A stretch of 64,000 bases of DNA from Bacillota bacterium (GCA_021806565.1 JAJZXK010000004.1:11445-75444), one strand, 5' to 3'; counted from the stretch's first letter, positions 1 to 9,318 are shown. Notes: generated by a model from the letters alone, not told the origin. Translations and numbers: made by a program.

Positions 1-431
1 CAGTGCCCGCACCACGATTCCATCGCAGACATCGTGCAGGTGCACCCGCTGCCAGGCATCAATGGAAAAGCTCTCGGCGACCAGAAGGGAGGCGCTGCCC
101 CACTGCCCGCCACTGCCCAACCCCGTGGTGGCGCCCTCCTCGTTTGGGGCGGTGGTCGCCGTGGCCCCACCCACTCGCAGCCTCGCACGCGCCGCCCCTG
201 GAGACAGGCGGACCGGCGACGCGCGCGGGCCGGCACCGGCCGCCACGCCGCGGCACCACGGCAATGGCACAGCAATTGTACACCGTCCAGGTTACAAAAG
301 GCAGACTGTACGTTTGCCTCGCCACCCCGTAGACTCCTCCATACAAACGACCCGCAACCTGAACGATCGGACAGAGCGCACGCGACGGACACCGCAGGAG
401 GGCCGCCCCCGGCGGCCGGGGAGGGTTGCCC

Positions 432-2744
432 GTGGCGACTGCACCCGACACCCGCCCGGTATCACCGCCTCAAGCGGATGCGCAGGACCAGCATGCCCCA
501 GAGGCCGCCGTCTGCGCCGCCTCGGATCTCACCGAGAACGGCCGTAGCGGCGTGCGCTGGCTCGTGGTCGCCGAAGGTGAGATCCGCGTCCTGGCCCCGA
601 TTGATGAGGCATCGCCCAACCGGCCGGCGGAGGCGCGCCTCGACGAGCGCCATCTCTGGCTGGTCGACCCGCCCGCGGCGGCGATGACGGGCGTGCTGCG
701 CGTGCCGTTGACGCAGATCCAGGGCTGCGAGGTCGCCTCGCACGTCGGGTCGGGTACGCTGGTGGCGAAAACTCCCGCCGGCCCCATGGTGCTAATGCGC
801 TTTTCCAGCGCTCTGGCGGCCGACTTCGGCCTGGTGGCCCGGGCGCTCGCGGCCCTGGCCAAGGCCGAGCCGATCGCGATCGACCCGCGTGACCTGCCGC
901 GCTACTGCCCCCGCTGCCACAGAAGGCTTGGCACCAACACGCGGGTCTGTCCGTCCTGCCTGCACCGCGGGGCGGTGCTGCGGCGGTTGCTCGCCTACGC
1001 GCAGCCGTACCGGTTCCAAATGGCGGCGGCGGCTGGGCTGATGCTCGCCGGTACCCTGCTGGACGTACTGCCCCCCAAGGTCGCGCAGTGGATCACCGAC
1101 GGCGTGGTCTACGGCCACTGGCCGGGCTGGAGCGGCAGGGGTGCCGCCGCCCTGGGGCTGCTGACGCTGGTGCTGCTGCTGACCCGCACGGCCGGGCTCG
1201 CCCTCGGGGTATGGCGCGCCCGCATCGGGGTATCGGTCGGCAACCGGACCATGGGCGACATTCGCAGCGCGTTGTGGGGCGGCATCCAGGGACTGTCTCT
1301 GGGCTACTTCGACAAGTCCCAGGTCGGCCAGATCCTGACGCGCGTCACCGAAGACACCCAGCGCATGCAGAGCTTCCTGACCGACGGCGCCCAATACTTC
1401 ATCACCGAAGTGCTCCAGATCGTGTTCGTCATCCTCATGATGCTCAGCATCAACTGGCAACTGGCCCTGATCGTGTTGATACCCGCCCCGCTGATGTATG
1501 GGATCTCGGTGGTGGTCTGGCCCCGCCTGCGCCGTTCGTACCGTCAGTTGCGATCCATCGTCGGACGCATGAACGTCGTGGTCAACGACGTCCTGACCGG
1601 CATCCGCGTCGTCAAGGCCTTCGGGCAGGAACCGCGTGAGGTGGCGCACTTCAACGGGATCAGCAACCGGTTGGTGCGCCAGTCGGTGGCCACCGACAGC
1701 CTCTGGGCCACGATCTTCCCGATCTTCGGCTACGTCGCCGGCCTTGGAAGCATCCTGATCTGGTATGCCGGCGGCCTGCTGGTGCTGCACCATACCATCC
1801 GCGTCGGCGACGTCGTCGCCTTCACCGGCTACATCGGCATGCTGCTCGGCCCGCTGCAGTGGATGAGCCAACTGTTCAGTTGGATGGCCAGCTCCCTCAC
1901 CTCGGCCGAGCGCGTCTTCGAGGTGATGGACACCGAGACCGACGTCGTCGAGGCGGCCGACGCCCAGCCGGTCGAGACGATCATCGGCAGGGTCGCCCTG
2001 CGCGGCGTGCGCTTCGGCTACGCCCCCCACCTGCCGGTGTTGCACGGGGTCGACCTTGAGGTGGCGCCGGGCGAGATGGTCGGACTGGTCGGCCATTCCG
2101 GGGCGGGCAAGTCCACCCTGATCAACCTGATCTGCCGGCTGTATGACCCGGACCAGGGCGTCATCGAGGTCGACGGCACCGACCTGCGCCGCGTGCGGCA
2201 GTCCGACCTACGCCGCCATTTCGGCGTGGTGCTCCAGGACACGTTCCTGTTTGACGGCACCATCGCGGACAACATCGCCTACGCACGGCCGGAGGCCGAC
2301 CACGCGGAGATCCTGCGGGCGGCCCAGATTGCCAATGCCCATGAGTTCACCGTCCAACTGGCCGACGGCTACGACACGCGCGTCGGCGAGCGCGGCACCC
2401 GCCTCTCCGGCGGTGAGCGCCAGCGGATCGCGATCGCCCGCGCGGTCCTGCACGACCCGCGCATCCTCATCCTGGACGAGGCGACGGCCTCGGTGGACAC
2501 CCAGACCGAACGCCAGATCCAGGAGGCCATCGCCCGGCTGATCCAGGGCCGGACCACCTTCGCCATCGCCCACCGCCTGTCCACGCTGCGCAACGCCCAT
2601 CGGCTCGTGGTGCTCGACCACGGCAAGGTGGCCGAGGTGGGGACGCACGCCGAGCTGATGGAGCGCAACGGGATCTACGCCGGCATGGTGCGCACCCAGC
2701 AGGAGAACGCCGCCATGACGGCCGAGGCCGGTATCGGCGCCTGA
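432..2744 (+). CDS. ABC exporter (fused transmembrane + ATPase domains) with a ~150-aa N-terminal soluble extension and a zinc-ribbon-like motif
   Basis: ORF 426..2744. SD-like GGGGAGGG (418-425) lies 6 nt before GTG 432. Walker A GHSGAGKST, ABC signature LSGGERQR, Walker B ILILDEATS. Hydrophobic helices precede the NBD. CPRCHRRLGTNTRVCPSC lies just before the first helix. Confidence 0.9.
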   Translation: MATAPDTRPVSPPQADAQDQHAPEAAVCAASDLTENGRSGVRWLVVAEGEIRVLAPIDEASPNRPAEARLDERHLWLVDPPAAAMTGVLRVPLTQIQGCEVASHVGSGTLVAKTPAGPMVLMRFSSALAADFGLVARALAALAKAEPIAIDPRDLPRYCPRCHRRLGTNTRVCPSCLHRGAVLRRLLAYAQPYRFQMAAAAGLMLAGTLLDVLPPKVAQWITDGVVYGHWPGWSGRGAAALGLLTLVLLLTRTAGLALGVWRARIGVSVGNRTMGDIRSALWGGIQGLSLGYFDKSQVGQILTRVTEDTQRMQSFLTDGAQYFITEVLQIVFVILMMLSINWQLALIVLIPAPLMYGISVVVWPRLRRSYRQLRSIVGRMNVVVNDVLTGIRVVKAFGQEPREVAHFNGISNRLVRQSVATDSLWATIFPIFGYVAGLGSILIWYAGGLLVLHHTIRVGDVVAFTGYIGMLLGPLQWMSQLFSWMASSLTSAERVFEVMDTETDVVEAADAQPVETIIGRVALRGVRFGYAPHLPVLHGVDLEVAPGEMVGLVGHSGAGKSTLINLICRLYDPDQGVIEVDGTDLRRVRQSDLRRHFGVVLQDTFLFDGTIADNIAYARPEADHAEILRAAQIANAHEFTVQLADGYDTRVGERGTRLSGGERQRIAIARAVLHDPRILILDEATASVDTQTERQIQEAIARLIQGRTTFAIAHRLSTLRNAHRLVVLDHGKVAEVGTHAELMERNGIYAGMVRTQQENAAMTAEAGIGA

Positions 2745-2830
2745 TCGCCGCAGCGGCAAAGTCCAGCCGCAGACCGAAGGGGGGGTTCCGGCCGGACGGG
2801 CGCGCCTGACGCCGCTCCGGCCGGGGAGAC

Positions 2831-3433
2831 ATGAGCGTACCGGCGACCCGAGACGAGACGCCGTCTCTACCCGAAGGGGTCGAGGACGACCGCGGCCTGC
2901 GGCGCATCGACCCGCGCCGCCTGCGCCTGCACCGGGGACCGAGCGGCGCCCTGCGCGCCAGCCTCGGCGACCGCAGCTACCTGCTGGTCTCCGCCTGGCG
3001 GGCGTTTCCCCTCTCCGAACCCCACCGCTGGCTGGTGCTGCTGGACGGGGCCCGGCGTCAGATCGGGGTGGTCGAAGACCCGGAGCCGCTGGAACCGCAG
3101 ACACGCGACCTGCTGGAAGAGGAACTCGACCTGCGCTACCTCACGCCGCACGTTCAAGGCGTGCGCGCCATCGTCGAGGATACCGCGGACGGCGGCAGTT
3201 GGAGCCCCGCGACCGTCTGGGATCTGGACACCGACCGCGGGAGGGTGCAACTCCGGCTGCCCAACCTCACCGACCACCTGCGGCCGCTCGGTCCCGGCCG
3301 CTACCTGCTGGTGGACCGCGACGGCCGCCGCGCCGAGTTCACCCGGGTGGACGAGTTGGACGCGCGCAGCCGCGCCATCCTCAGCCGCTTCATCTGGGTC
3401 GACCCACCGGCTCAGGCCGGCGGCGGCTCCTGA
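2831..3433 (+). CDS. DUF1854-like small protein (usual partner of this ABC exporter class)
   Basis: ORF 2831..3433 starts 87 nt after the ABC stop on the same strand. The translation (WRAFPLSEPHRWLVLLD, LDLRYLTP, LVDRDGRRAEF) fits my memory of DUF1854. The family call is from memory, not searched. Confidence 0.6.
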   Translation: MSVPATRDETPSLPEGVEDDRGLRRIDPRRLRLHRGPSGALRASLGDRSYLLVSAWRAFPLSEPHRWLVLLDGARRQIGVVEDPEPLEPQTRDLLEEELDLRYLTPHVQGVRAIVEDTADGGSWSPATVWDLDTDRGRVQLRLPNLTDHLRPLGPGRYLLVDRDGRRAEFTRVDELDARSRAILSRFIWVDPPAQAGGGS

Positions 3434-3921
3434 GGCGGCGGCGCCGCCAACTCGGCCAGCAGGGCGGCGACCCGCGCCCGCAACTCTTCCCGCACCGCGC
3501 GGAAGGCCGCGGCCACCTCCGCCGGGCCGCCCGTGGCGCGGGCCGGATCCGGCAGCGGCCAGTGCAGGCGTCGTACGTGGGGCGGCGGCAGCGGACAGCG
3601 CTCGGCGGCATCGCCACAGAGCGTCACCACCACCGTGGCCCGCTCCAGTAGCTCGGGATCGATCGCCTTGGACGCATGGCCTGAAATGTCCACCCCGACC
3701 TCCGCCATCGCGGCGACGGCGCGCGGGTGCAACCCCGCCGGCGCGGTGCCGGCGCTGGCCGCCTCCAGCCGTCCGGCGCCGAGGTGGCGCGCGAATCCCT
3801 CGGCCATCTGACTGCGGCAGGCATTGCCCGTGCACAGGAAATAGACCAGCGGCGGGCCGCCCCACCCCGGCCGCCCCTCTCCCGATCCGGCTCCCTGTGG
3901 ACCCTGCGTCGCTGCGACCAC
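3412..3921 (-). CDS. arsC: arsenate reductase, thioredoxin-coupled LMW-PTP type
   Basis: CTGNACRS P-loop (CX5R) and a downstream TLCGDAAERCP cysteine pair. Last gene of the arsR-arsB-arsC string. Start set at GTG 3921 (G-run SD 7 nt upstream); the ORF extends to 3951. Confidence 0.8.
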   Translation of the reverse strand: MVAATQGPQGAGSGEGRPGWGGPPLVYFLCTGNACRSQMAEGFARHLGAGRLEAASAGTAPAGLHPRAVAAMAEVGVDISGHASKAIDPELLERATVVVTLCGDAAERCPLPPPHVRRLHWPLPDPARATGGPAEVAAAFRAVREELRARVAALLAELAAPPPQEPPPA

Positions 3922-3979
3922 CCTGCGTCCCCCCCATCTCTGTCGGAGCACACCCCGGCCCGCGTTTCCTATCCGTCTC

Positions 3980-5275
3980 CTATCCGTGCAGCGCCAGAAC
4001 CGCCCACAGCGCGAGCAACGTGGCCCCGAGCACCGGCAGGGTCAAGAGCACCCCGACCCGGCAGTAGTAGGCCCAACCGATCCGCATGCCGCGCCGCTCC
4101 AGCACGTGGAGCCACAACAGCGTCGCCAGCGAGCCGATCGGGGTGAGCTTGGGACCGAGGTCGCAACCGATCACGTTGGCCAGCGCCATGCCCAAACGCT
4201 GCGTACCGGCGACGCCCGAGGCATGGATCGCCAGGGCGTTGACCATCACGGTCGGCATGTTGTTCATCACCGACGAGAACCCGGCCGCCAGATACCCCGC
4301 ATACAGCACGGCCGGTCCCCCGCCGCGGCCGGCGGCCCAGGCCATGGATCGCGCCACCCAGGTGATCAGGCCGGCGTCGCGCAGCCCGAAGACCACCACA
4401 TACATGCCGATCGAAAACACGACGACCTTCCACGGCGCCTCCCGCACCAACCGCGGCACGTCGACCGCCGGACTGCGCCAGGCGGCCGCCAGCAGGGCGA
4501 TGGCCACGGCGCCCGCCACCATCGAGACCGGAAGGTGCAGTGGCCCACTGGACAGGTACCCGGCGAGCAGCAGCCCGAGCGCCGGCCAGGCCAGCCGAAA
4601 GAGGCGGCGGTCACGGATGGCCGACAACGGCGGCGAAAGCCCCTGGGTCGCCACCGCCGCCGGCACGTCGCGGCGGTACAGCAAGTACAGCGCCCCCAGG
4701 CTGGACAGCAATGCGGCCACGTCGACGGGCAGCATGCGGCTGGCATAGGCCACGAAGCCGATATGGAAAAAGTCCGCGGAAACGATGTTCACCAGGTTGC
4801 TCACGATCAGGGGAAGCGAGGTGGCGTCGGCAATAAACCCCCCCGCCATGACGAACGCCAGGATGGCCGCCGGGGGCAGTTTCAGCGCTTTGACCTGTTC
4901 GTAGATGATGGGCGTCAGGATGAGGGCGGCGCCGTCGTTGGCAAACAGCGCGGCCACCGCGGCACCGAGCAGCAGGCTGAGCACGAACAGCCGCACACCG
5001 CTGCCGCGCGCCGCGCGGGCCATGTGCAACGCCGCCCATTCGAACAGCCCCACGGCGTCCAGCACCAGTGAGATCAGGATCAGGGCGACGAAGGTCAGGG
5101 TGGCGTCCCAGACGATGCGCACCACCGAGACCACCTCGGCCGGCGGCACCACGCCCAGCGCCACCGCCAGGGCGCCCCCGATCGCGGCCGGCCAGCCGAT
5201 CGAAAGTCCGCGGGGTTGCCAAATCACCAACACGAGCACGGCGACGAACAGGCCGATCGCCAGGATACTCTGCAT
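3980..5275 (-). CDS. arsB: arsenite efflux permease (ArsB/NhaD permease family)
   Basis: ORF 3980..5527. The hydrophobic polytopic protein starts at MQSILAIGLFVAVLVLVIW (ATG 5275). The upstream part of the ORF is Arg/Pro-rich junk. Located between arsR and arsC. Confidence 0.85.
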   Translation of the reverse strand: MQSILAIGLFVAVLVLVIWQPRGLSIGWPAAIGGALAVALGVVPPAEVVSVVRIVWDATLTFVALILISLVLDAVGLFEWAALHMARAARGSGVRLFVLSLLLGAAVAALFANDGAALILTPIIYEQVKALKLPPAAILAFVMAGGFIADATSLPLIVSNLVNIVSADFFHIGFVAYASRMLPVDVAALLSSLGALYLLYRRDVPAAVATQGLSPPLSAIRDRRLFRLAWPALGLLLAGYLSSGPLHLPVSMVAGAVAIALLAAAWRSPAVDVPRLVREAPWKVVVFSIGMYVVVFGLRDAGLITWVARSMAWAAGRGGGPAVLYAGYLAAGFSSVMNNMPTVMVNALAIHASGVAGTQRLGMALANVIGCDLGPKLTPIGSLATLLWLHVLERRGMRIGWAYYCRVGVLLTLPVLGATLLALWAVLALHG

Positions 5276-5334
5276 GCATGCCTCCGCGGGCCGCCGGCCC
5301 GGTGGTTTGGTGGTGGGCGTCGGGGCGGGGCCCT

Positions 5335-5757
5335 TCAGCCGCTCCGCTGCACCGCGACCGCCGCGGAGCGCGGGGGCGGGGCCAGCGCGTCCCCGGAAGC
5401 AGGCTGTACCGGACAGGAGGCCGGGTCGGTGGATGCCGCGGCGGCCATCGCGGCGGGCAGCCGCAGTGCCCGCAAGGCCGCCGCGGCGACATCGGGCAGC
5501 GGGTCGGCCAGCCGGTAATACACCCACATGCCGCGGCGTTGATCCACGACGAGTCCGGCGGCCCGCAGGCGCCGCAGGTGACCGCTCACCGCCGGTTGGC
5601 TGATGGGAAACAGCGCGGCCAACTCACAGACGCAGAACGGCCGCCGCCGCAAGAGCGCCAACATGCACAGCCGCGTCGCGTCTCCGAGCGCCCGCAGCAC
5701 CTCGGCCAGAGCCTCCGGTCCCGAGTCGCCTTGCGCGGACCCCACATCCCGTTCCAT
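5335..5757 (-). CDS. arsR: ArsR/SmtB-family metalloregulator
   Basis: LGDATRLCMLALLRRRPFCVCELAALFPISQPAVSGHLRRLRAAGLV is a winged HTH with the CVC metal site typical of ArsR. First gene of the ars operon. Confidence 0.85.
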   Translation of the reverse strand: MERDVGSAQGDSGPEALAEVLRALGDATRLCMLALLRRRPFCVCELAALFPISQPAVSGHLRRLRAAGLVVDQRRGMWVYYRLADPLPDVAAAALRALRLPAAMAAAASTDPASCPVQPASGDALAPPPRSAAVAVQRSG

Positions 5758-5762
5758 ACCCG

Positions 5763-5792
5763 GGTTATAACGTCATGCCTATAACCTGTCAA
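5763..5792 (-). promoter_or_regulatory. predicted arsR promoter with operator-like inverted repeat; transcript probably leaderless
   Basis: Minus strand reads TTGACA (5787-5792), a 17-nt spacer, TATAAC (5764-5769), 6 nt, then ATG 5757. The inverted repeat GGTTATA/TATAACC (5763-5769 and 5780-5786) sits inside the promoter. Confidence 0.5.
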
Positions 5793-5809
5793 GGCGGGAG
5801 TCGCGGCAC

Positions 5810-7348
5810 TCAGCCGCCGTCGGGACGGGACGGGCCGAGCCGCCGCCGCCGCGAGGCGGCCATGGCATCCCCGGCACGCACATACCGCCAGCCGGTGTCG
5901 GGCGGCGGGACGTAGTCCCATGGCTGGGGCCGGCCCTGCTCCAGGGCCGCACCCACCGCCCGGCGGCGCGCCTGACTGCGGACCACGGCCTCGTGGAGCC
6001 GGTCCAGGCTGCCCTCGTGGGCAAGCCGCTCAAGCAGCGTCGCCCGCAGCGCGGCGTAGCGGGGATCGTCCCAAAGATCCTCCTGCTCCAGCGGGTCTTG
6101 CTCCAGATCGAAGAGTTGGCCCGGCAGGCCGCGCACCTCCACGAGCTTGTGGCGCCCGCGGCGCAGCATGCGGCAGGGCTCGATCACGCCCTCCCCCAGA
6201 TACTCCGCCACCGCCTCGTCGCGCCACCCCTCCTGCCTTCCCGCCAGCAACGGTACGAGGCTGTGACCGGCCAACTCCGCCGCGACGGCTGGGGGCAGGG
6301 GGGCCTGGGCGGCGTCGCAGAGCGTCGGCAGCAGGTCCAACAACGAGACGACCCGCGGGCAGGTCCCGGCCGCCACCCCGGGCCCGCGCGCCACCAGGGG
6401 CACACGCGCGGAGTCCTCATAAAAGACCCGCTTGTACCACATGCCGTGTTCGCCGAGCATCTCTCCGTGGTCGGAGGTGAAAAGCACCAGGGTCCGCCCG
6501 GCCAGACCGGCGCGCTCCAGGGCGGCGAGCACCTGGCCGACCTTGGCGTCCAGGTAGCTGACCATGGCGTAGTATGCGTGGCGGGCGCGTGCGACCACCT
6601 CCGGCGACGGCGGGTAGAGGTCGAGTTCATGGTGGATTTGAACCCAGCGCGCGTAGGGGTGCATGCGGTCCAGCGGCTCCGGGTCGGCCAGCGGCGGCGG
6701 CACATCCCCCGGCCCGAAGCGGTCCAGATACTCCGGGGTCATCACGAAGGGGTCGTGGGGATGCGTGAACGAGGCGCAGAGAAAGAACGGCCGCTCCGGC
6801 TCGCGCGCCGCGTCGTACAGATACTGCTCAGCCTGGTGCGCGACGGCCTCGTCGTAGTCCAACTGCAGGCTGCGCGCGCAGGTGCCGGATTCGCCGAGTT
6901 CGCGCACGCTGGTGCCCGGGTTGTGCACCACCCCCTGCCCCCAGTCCGGGGTCCAGCCCAAACCGGCGGGATAGATGTCGGGGGTCAGCCGCTCCTCGAA
7001 ACCGTGCAGTTGGTCGGGTCCGATGAAGTGCATCTTGCCGCAGAGGGTGGTGCGGTAGCCGTGGCCGCGTAGCGGGTGGCAGATGGTCGGGGTCGAGGCG
7101 GCAAAGTCCGCGCCGTTGTCATATACCTGCAACCGGCTCGGCAGCGCCCCGGCCATCAGCGACGCGCGCGACGCGGCACAGATCGGGCTGGAGCAGTAAG
7201 CGTTTTCAAACACCCTGCCGGCCCGTGCCAAACCGTCGAGGTTGGGCGTGCGCGCCGCCCGGTTGCCGTAGCACCCCAGGGCGGAGGCCGGCAACTGATC
7301 GGCCATCAGCAGGAGCAGGTTCGGACGCCCGTCCACCGCGGCTGGCAC
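5810..7348 (-). CDS. choline-sulfatase-like type I sulfatase
   Basis: ORF 5810..7627. Motifs: PNLLLLMADQ, SSPICAASRASLMAG, GKMHFIGPDQLHGFEERLTPDIYPAGLGWTPDW, FTSDHGEMLGEHGMWYK. This is close to choline sulfatase as I remember it. The start is uncertain: GTG 7348 (G6 box 9 nt upstream) is preferred; GTG 7354 and ATG 7438 are possible. Confidence 0.8.
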   Translation of the reverse strand: MPAAVDGRPNLLLLMADQLPASALGCYGNRAARTPNLDGLARAGRVFENAYCSSPICAASRASLMAGALPSRLQVYDNGADFAASTPTICHPLRGHGYRTTLCGKMHFIGPDQLHGFEERLTPDIYPAGLGWTPDWGQGVVHNPGTSVRELGESGTCARSLQLDYDEAVAHQAEQYLYDAAREPERPFFLCASFTHPHDPFVMTPEYLDRFGPGDVPPPLADPEPLDRMHPYARWVQIHHELDLYPPSPEVVARARHAYYAMVSYLDAKVGQVLAALERAGLAGRTLVLFTSDHGEMLGEHGMWYKRVFYEDSARVPLVARGPGVAAGTCPRVVSLLDLLPTLCDAAQAPLPPAVAAELAGHSLVPLLAGRQEGWRDEAVAEYLGEGVIEPCRMLRRGRHKLVEVRGLPGQLFDLEQDPLEQEDLWDDPRYAALRATLLERLAHEGSLDRLHEAVVRSQARRRAVGAALEQGRPQPWDYVPPPDTGWRYVRAGDAMAASRRRRLGPSRPDGG

Positions 7349-7527
7349 CGACACATTCCCCCCGAGGGCGCGCCGGCCGGCACGCCCGCAGTCGACGCCT
7401 TCGCGGCGCGGCGCGCACGGCCTGCCGCCCAGGAGCATGTCCCTGCGCCAGGCGCCAGGAACGGCGGCACGGGGCGGGAAACGGCAGACGCAGGGGCGGG
7501 CCGCCCCGAGAGGGGAGTTGGGTGCCG

Positions 7528-8883
7528 ATGCGGCCGATGAACCTCGTGGTGATCGTCGCCGACACGCTGCGCGCCGACCACCTGGGTTGCTACGGCGGGG
7601 CGGTCGCCACGCCCAATTTGGACGCACTGGCGGCTAGGGGGATTCGTTTCGACGACGCGTACGCCGAGGCGCTGCCAACCGTCTGTGCACGGCGGGTGTT
7701 CATGACCGGGCGCCGCCTCTTTCCGGGGTGGCAGGTCCGGCCGCACAAGGGGGATCCGCTCAGCAGCCAGCCGGGCTGGCACGCGCTGGACGAAGACGAC
7801 GTCACCCTGGCCGAGGTGCTGCAGGCCGCCGGCTACACGACCGCCCTGGTCACCGACCTCTACCACCTCTTCAAACCCGGCCGCAACTTCCACCGCGGCT
7901 TCGACGCCTGGCACTGGATCCGCGGCCAGGAAGAAGACCGCTACCGCACCGGCCCCCGCGAGGCGGTGGACCTTTCCCCGTACTTCCACCCCGGCACCTA
8001 CCGCCGCACCCGCCTGCGCGGCCTGGAGCAATACCTGCTCAACGTCGCCGACCGCCGGGGCGAGGCGGACTACCTGTCGGCGCGCGTCATGCGCACCGCG
8101 GCCGACTGGCTGCGCGCCAACCGTGACAACCAGCCCTTCCTGCTATGGGTGGACGCCTTCGATCCGCACGAGCCGTGGGACCCGCCCGCCGCTTATGCCG
8201 ACCGCTACGCCCCACCCGTCGAGGGGATCGAGCCCATCGCGCCGCTGACCCGTAGCGCGGCCTACGGGCCCGAAGAACTGGCTCGGATCCGCGCCCTGTA
8301 CGCGGGCGAGGTGACCCTGGCGGACCGCTGGATCGGCTACCTGTTGCACACCCTGGAGGCTACCGGTCAGGCCGGCGACACCATCGTCACCTTCCTATCG
8401 GACCACGGCACCCTGCTTGGCGAGCACGGGACGCTGCGCAAGCAGCACCACCTGCTGATCGGCGCCGAGACCCGCATCCCCTGGATCCTGGCCGACCCGC
8501 GCGACGACCGCCGCGGTCAAACGCTGAGCGGGTTCGTCCAGGCCGAGGATGTGATGGCCACCCTCCTGGCGGCGCTACGCATTCCCCCGCCCCGGCCGCT
8601 GCACGGGCGGGACGCCCGCGGCCTGGCGGATCCCGGCATCGTCCTCCACCCGTACGCCGTGACGGCCTACGGTGATTTCGCCTGCCTGCGGACCCACGAG
8701 TGGAGCTTCACCACCGCCTACCGCCCGCCGCGCCAGGCCCGGCCCGAGTTGCCGTTGCTCTTTGACCTGCGCCGCGATCCGGGCGAGACGGTCAACGTCG
8801 CGGGAACCCACGCCGAACGCGTGGCGGAGATGGAGGCGCAACTCTACCGCTGTCTGGAGGCCGGAAACGGCGCCCGTCCCTGA
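7528..8883 (+). CDS. sulfatase-fold (alkaline-phosphatase superfamily) hydrolase, Thr at the nucleophile position
   Basis: ORF 7225..8883. ATG 7528 is preceded by AGGGGAG (7511-7517). Motifs: VIVADTLRADHLGCYGG, FLSDHGTLLGEHG, RGQEEDRY. The nucleophile motif reads LPTVCARR (Thr codon 7678-7680). Confidence 0.8.
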   Translation: MRPMNLVVIVADTLRADHLGCYGGAVATPNLDALAARGIRFDDAYAEALPTVCARRVFMTGRRLFPGWQVRPHKGDPLSSQPGWHALDEDDVTLAEVLQAAGYTTALVTDLYHLFKPGRNFHRGFDAWHWIRGQEEDRYRTGPREAVDLSPYFHPGTYRRTRLRGLEQYLLNVADRRGEADYLSARVMRTAADWLRANRDNQPFLLWVDAFDPHEPWDPPAAYADRYAPPVEGIEPIAPLTRSAAYGPEELARIRALYAGEVTLADRWIGYLLHTLEATGQAGDTIVTFLSDHGTLLGEHGTLRKQHHLLIGAETRIPWILADPRDDRRGQTLSGFVQAEDVMATLLAALRIPPPRPLHGRDARGLADPGIVLHPYAVTAYGDFACLRTHEWSFTTAYRPPRQARPELPLLFDLRRDPGETVNVAGTHAERVAEMEAQLYRCLEAGNGARP

Positions 8884-9021
8884 TGCGCGGGGCGCAACGT
8901 TGAACCGACCGACCGGACCTGAAGTCCACGCTGCGCGCCGCCAGGCGGGCTGGATGCAGCCCGAACATGCGGCCACCGCGGCCGCCATGTCGCCTGAAGC
9001 GACAGCCCACGGGCCGCGGCT

Positions 9022-9318
9022 TCACGAACTGGAGCGGCCCGCCCCGACCGCCGCCCAAAGCGCCGAAACCAGTCCGCCCGCCACGGCCAGCAGCCAAAAG
9101 CCAGGGCCGAGCCGGACACCCGCCACCATCTGCGCCAAGGTATGCAGATGCGCATGGGTCGGAAAGGTGAAGCGCGCCAACTGCCATGCACCGCCGCCAA
9201 TGCTCTGGCTTGGCGCCACCCCGGTGATCGGGCTGACGGCATCCGCCCCGACCCCGAGGATCACACAGAGGCAGACAAGACCCGTCAGGAAAAAGCCCCT
9301 CAGGCCGCCGCGGGCCAT
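9022..9318 (-). CDS. hypothetical small membrane protein (98 aa, about 3 hydrophobic segments)
   Basis: C-terminal part of ORF 9022..9798, from ATG 9318: MARGGLRGFFLTGLVCLCVILGV...GFWLLAVAGGLVSALWAAV. Only a weak SD (GGTGGA). No family recognised. Confidence 0.35.
   Translation of the reverse strand: MARGGLRGFFLTGLVCLCVILGVGADAVSPITGVAPSQSIGGGAWQLARFTFPTHAHLHTLAQMVAGVRLGPGFWLLAVAGGLVSALWAAVGAGRSSS

Noticed and set aside
1-174. A possible 5' end of a minus-strand gene running off the left edge. The frame is aligned to position 1 and reads ..GGATATTAPNEEGATTGLGSGGQWGSASLLVAESFSIDAWQRVHLHDVCDGIVVRAL, with a candidate GTG at 172-174 after GCGAGG.
   Set aside because: Only about 58 codons are visible. 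The GC3 bias is modest, there is no family motif, and the promoter and SD are weak. It cannot be supported from this window alone.
792-3937. Long minus-strand ORFs (792..2096, 2208..3104, 2867..3937) opposite the ABC exporter and DUF1854 genes.
   Set aside because: They are mirror frames of well-supported genes. The translations are low-complexity (R/G/A/P-rich) with no family motifs.
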